Assembly (NCBI GenBank): GCA_002431965.1
Contig: DJEW01000042.1
Location: 7,407 to 15,756 of the forward strand
From: Clostridiales bacterium UBA5888
GTDB lineage: Bacteria; Bacillota; Clostridia; Oscillospirales; Oscillospiraceae
Reading direction: 5' to 3'
DNA: 8,350 bases
Position 1 is the first letter of the stretch. Every line of letters begins with the position of its first letter. Made by a program: the position numbers and the translations under genes. Of this stretch, positions 6,172-8,350 are shown in pieces. Below the pieces are notes generated by a model, which worked only from the letters and a program-made list of their open reading frames with translations, did no database searches and had not been told where the DNA came from.

Positions 6172-6205
6172 GAATAAGTCCGGGGGATTTGAGCCCCGGC
6201 ATTCA
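6171..6205 (-). other. Second stem-loop immediately upstream (minus-strand sense) of the terminator; function unknown, possibly an anti-antiterminator element
   Basis: The inner 6 bp stem pairs ccgggg (6180-6185) with ccccgg (6194-6199) around an 8 nt loop. The outer 5 bp stem pairs tgaat (6171-6175) with attca (6201-6205). The 3' arm of this hairpin can alternatively pair over 8 bp with the 5' arm of the terminator (see findings). Confidence 0.4.
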
Positions 6206-6378
6206 AAATCATAATCCGGCCTCGCCAATACGGATCACGCGTCCTGCTTTTCTCGGTTTTGGTGTGGGGTGCTTGTCGCCTGCACGGAGATAGCTCTGCT
6301 TCCTTTTATTGAATTGCAGAATCGAATAGTCGGTTATCAAAAGTGCCGAGTTTCTGCGCGATTTTCTGCATTTTGAAA

Positions 6379-6954
6379 TCAGTTACGCAGAGCAGCGCAA
6401 TATTCCAAATTATCATCTATTTGAGGATTGTGTAAGCTGTCTTTCTTATAACGCAAACTGTGCTCCAAAGCCGCCCAAGAGTCCATCGCCGTTGTCCGAA
6501 GTTGCAATTCATATTTTACTTTTTGAATACCAGAGTGAAAAGGAACTGGAACCTCAACAATCAAATGCAGGCTCCGATAGCCGTTCGGCTTCGGAGATTC
6601 AATGTAATCCTTCTCCTGCAAAAGCTCTAAAAAATGATCGGGACAACAAGGCATCCCGGATATCATATATGTCATTCACATATTCGCAGATAATGCGTAT
6701 GCCAGCCACATCATTCAGGTTTTCGGTAATAGACCGCGTCGTGAGCGGAAATCCTTTTCTGCGCAGCTTTTGAATACTGAGTGGCGTTTTCATGCGGCTC
6801 GAAAAAGAACGAATCGGATTATGTTTTCTACTTGCTTCAGCCTCTTTCTGCATAATATCCAGCCGCATTGTCACACATCGAATCGCGCTTTCGAAAGGGT
6901 CATGATCTGCTGATAATGTAAAATGAAAGCGGTAAATTCATCGTCATCCAGCAA
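6379..6954 (-). pseudogene. Small alarmone synthetase (RelA/SpoT-domain GTP pyrophosphokinase, RelP/RelQ type) disrupted by frameshifts
   Basis: Three consecutive pieces in different frames together rebuild a typical SAS of roughly 200 aa.
1. 6954-6871: (TTG)LDDDEFTAFILHYQQIMTLSKARFDV, then a stop.
2. 6874-6599: TMRLDIMQKEAEASRKHNPIRSFSSRMKTPLSIQKLRRKGFPLTTRSITENLNDVAGIRIICEYVNDIYDIRDALLS, followed by an out-of-frame tail.
3. 6675-6379: ...DHFLELLQEKDYIESPKPNGYRSLHLIVEVPVPF...YELQLRTTAMDSWAALEHSLRYKK...
The frame breaks map to a gtgtg run (about 6871-6877) and a GGG/CCC run (6640-6642). A possible third shift near 6379-6385 would extend the C-terminus (TDFKMQKIAQKLGTFDNRLFDSAIQ) to a TAA at 6306-6308. 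There is no ATG start and no SD site. Confidence 0.8.
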
Positions 6955-6976
6955 GGTGGTATCAGAAAACAGGTAG

Positions 6977-8350
6977 TCAATATTCGTTTCGTACTGCCTC
7001 CTGCGTTGCGGGAAACATCATTTTCCGTGAAACGCGCACATACAAAATTGCGGCAAGACCAATCGAAAGAGCATCTGCCACAGGCTGCGCCCAGATCAGG
7101 CCGTTGATGCCAACCGCAGTCTGTAAAATGAACAATGCCGGGATAAAGATAATTCCTTGGCGGCTCAGGTTGATAATCAGGGCAGGAGTTGCTGCGCCCA
7201 TAGCCTGCAAGGTGTTGACCAACACATAGAACACGCCGAACAGGGAACTCGTCGTCAGTAAGATGCGTGAAAACTCTACCGCATAAGAATAGGCGTCTGG
7301 GTCAGATAAAAATGCGCTGACGATCTGGTTTGTGAACAGATAGCAGATCGCAGTTAACGCTGCGCCCAGCGCCAGCGCAAACAGCATTGCAAATCGAAAT
7401 GCCTTTTTGAAACGCTCCCACAACTTTGCGCCCACACAATAGCCCAAAAGCGGCTGTACGCCTTGACCCAAGCCTATGCAGACCATGCCTGTAATAGTAA
7501 CGACCTTCATTGCCACGCCCATACCAGCTACAGCCATATCACCGTATTGGGCAAGCTGGCTATTGATGATGATTTGGGAAATACTCATCAGTACAGAACC
7601 CAGTGCGGCAGGAATACCAATGGCACAAACTGGAACGCAGACTTTTCCGGGCAGTGAAAGCTCTTTGATTCGTACACTCAAATCCGATTTGCCGCGTACA
7701 AAATACAGGATGTAGTAGCCTGCACCCACAATATTACCAATTACCGTAGCGATTGCAGCACCTATGATGTTCCAGCCCAATGCCAGAATCATGATTGGGT
7801 CAAGAATAACATTCAGCAGATTGCCCAAAAGTTGCCCCATCATTGCTTCTGCCGATTTCCCCTCTGCACGAACAATATTCGAGAATGCACTGGATATAAG
7901 AAGAAAAGGGCCGCTTATGCTTACGATCATCAGATACGATTTAGCATATTCCCATGTTCCTTCACTTGCACCTACCAGCGCAAGAATAGAATCCATAAAC
8001 ACCATAAACAATGCGGCCATACCAATACCGATGATCACGCATCCCCACATACAAAACGCACAAACTTTTTTGGCATAATCCGTTTGTCCCTGTCCTAATG
8101 CACGGGAGATAGCCGATGTGCCACCCATGCCGAACACCGTGCCGACAGCCATAAACAGCAGGAATACCGGCATCGCCAGAGAAACAGCAGCTACCTGATA
8201 AGCATCGTGTGTCTGCCCCACAAAAAAGGTATCTGCCAGATTATAAATCAAAGTCATGAGCATCGCTGCCATGGCTGGCAAAGCACTTTTCAGCACTGCC
8301 TGTGAAACAGATGCCTTTTCAAAAAGTATTGTTGCTTTAGAATCTCTCAT
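6977..8350 (-). CDS. MATE-family multidrug/toxic-compound efflux transporter
   Basis: A 457 aa, roughly 12-TM hydrophobic protein. The N-terminus is MATE-like (VLKSALPAMAAMLMTLIYNLADTFFVGQ), followed by AAVSLAMPVF, GTSAISRALGQG, and a second-half repeat (PAALGSVLMSISQIIINSQLAQYG...AGMGVAMKV). Its length matches the family. The ATG sits exactly at the window end (8350-8348), so the RBS and any further upstream start cannot be seen. Confidence 0.9.
   Translation of the reverse strand: MRDSKATILFEKASVSQAVLKSALPAMAAMLMTLIYNLADTFFVGQTHDAYQVAAVSLAMPVFLLFMAVGTVFGMGGTSAISRALGQGQTDYAKKVCAFCMWGCVIIGIGMAALFMVFMDSILALVGASEGTWEYAKSYLMIVSISGPFLLISSAFSNIVRAEGKSAEAMMGQLLGNLLNVILDPIMILALGWNIIGAAIATVIGNIVGAGYYILYFVRGKSDLSVRIKELSLPGKVCVPVCAIGIPAALGSVLMSISQIIINSQLAQYGDMAVAGMGVAMKVVTITGMVCIGLGQGVQPLLGYCVGAKLWERFKKAFRFAMLFALALGAALTAICYLFTNQIVSAFLSDPDAYSYAVEFSRILLTTSSLFGVFYVLVNTLQAMGAATPALIINLSRQGIIFIPALFILQTAVGINGLIWAQPVADALSIGLAAILYVRVSRKMMFPATQEAVRNEY

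Noticed and set aside
6171-6205. tRNA-like T-arm (minus strand: cgggg-ctcaaat-cccc, resembling GGTTCAAATCC) near the GC transition, which could mark a tRNA fragment or att site of an integrated element
   Set aside because: I could not build a D-arm, an anticodon arm or a complementary acceptor 5' strand from the flanking sequence. The T54 position is C, and the stem register is imperfect because of five Cs. No matching direct repeat or integrase is visible in the window. It is treated as a plain hairpin.
6046-6228. N-terminal extension of the CAT-like ORF (the track starts it at 6228)
   Set aside because: The extension has no CAT similarity and runs through the terminator hairpins. The AGGAGG site at 6058-6053 is positioned for the ATG at 6045, which is where CAT-family similarity begins.
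6134-6310. Identification of the CAT-azlCD upstream region as a known riboswitch or T-box leader (a branched-chain amino acid T-box or a ykkC/ppGpp-type element would fit the gene content)
   Set aside because: I could not find the T-box sequence (AAnnnGGGUGGnACCGCG), specifier or K-turn elements, or ykkC-type CUAGGGUUCCG / GGUCCGAGAG blocks by eye. Only a weak gggcggt resemblance exists. A covariance-model scan is needed before naming a class.
6379-6954. The split alarmone synthetase as a toxSAS toxin-antitoxin module, or as a programmed frameshift
   Set aside because: The sequence resembles housekeeping RelP/RelQ-type SAS enzymes. There is no adjacent small antitoxin-like ORF, no slippery heptamer with a stimulatory structure at the breaks, and two to three independent frame breaks. 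Decay is the simpler reading.
7463-8098. Short plus-strand ORFs inside the MATE gene (7463-7657, 7476-7715, 7764-8078, 7832-8098)
   Set aside because: They run antisense to a full-length, motif-supported transporter gene. The translations have no features of real proteins and no SD sites.
1-8350. Search for CRISPR repeats, IS or transposon inverted repeats, integrase or recombinase genes, and known defence-gene signatures (nucleases, helicases, ATPases, methyltransferases)
   Set aside because: I saw no regularly spaced direct repeats, long terminal inverted repeats or ORFs with such motifs on either strand. The only strong inverted repeats are the terminators and hairpins listed as features.

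Overview
The window is an 8.35 kb chromosomal-looking segment. Its Shine-Dalgarno sites, protein families and GC content fit a high-GC Firmicutes/Clostridia genome, but this taxonomic placement is only an inference.

Gene order:
- a flavodoxin-like gene (-, 5' part only, 1-179);
- a secreted, C-terminally membrane-anchored surface protein (-, 302-1498) carrying an Ig-like domain and a His/Cys-rich module next to the membrane;
- an AT-rich divergent promoter region;
- mnmG (+, 1683-3557), translationally coupled to a TatD-family hydrolase (+, 3561-4319);
- a bidirectional terminator;
- a convergent three-gene cluster on the minus strand: CAT-family acetyltransferase (5410-6045), azlC (4687-5397) and azlD (4361-4690);
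- a strong terminator plus a second hairpin (6134-6205);
- a RelP/RelQ-type small alarmone synthetase gene broken by at least two frameshifts (about 6379-6954, -);
- a MATE efflux transporter (6977-8350, -).

I found no tRNA or rRNA, no CRISPR array, no transposase, integrase or other mobile-element hallmark, and no recognisable defence-system gene. Most other long ORFs in the supplied track are antisense or off-frame shadows, as expected in GC-rich coding DNA.

Observations worth a second look:
1. The CAT-like acetyltransferase is packed tightly against the AzlCD exporter genes. I can find no promoter of its own, and an attenuator-like double hairpin lies upstream.
2. The surface protein has a receptor-like architecture with a juxtamembrane HxH...W...HWHxCxCG...CxxC module.
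3. The alarmone synthetase gene is decayed.
4. GC content changes sharply: roughly 60-65% between about 300 and 6200, and roughly 42-48% in both flanks (hand-counted samples).

None of these is proof of a new system. I cannot run homology or neighbourhood searches here, and an honest reading is that much of this window is ordinary housekeeping and accessory content.
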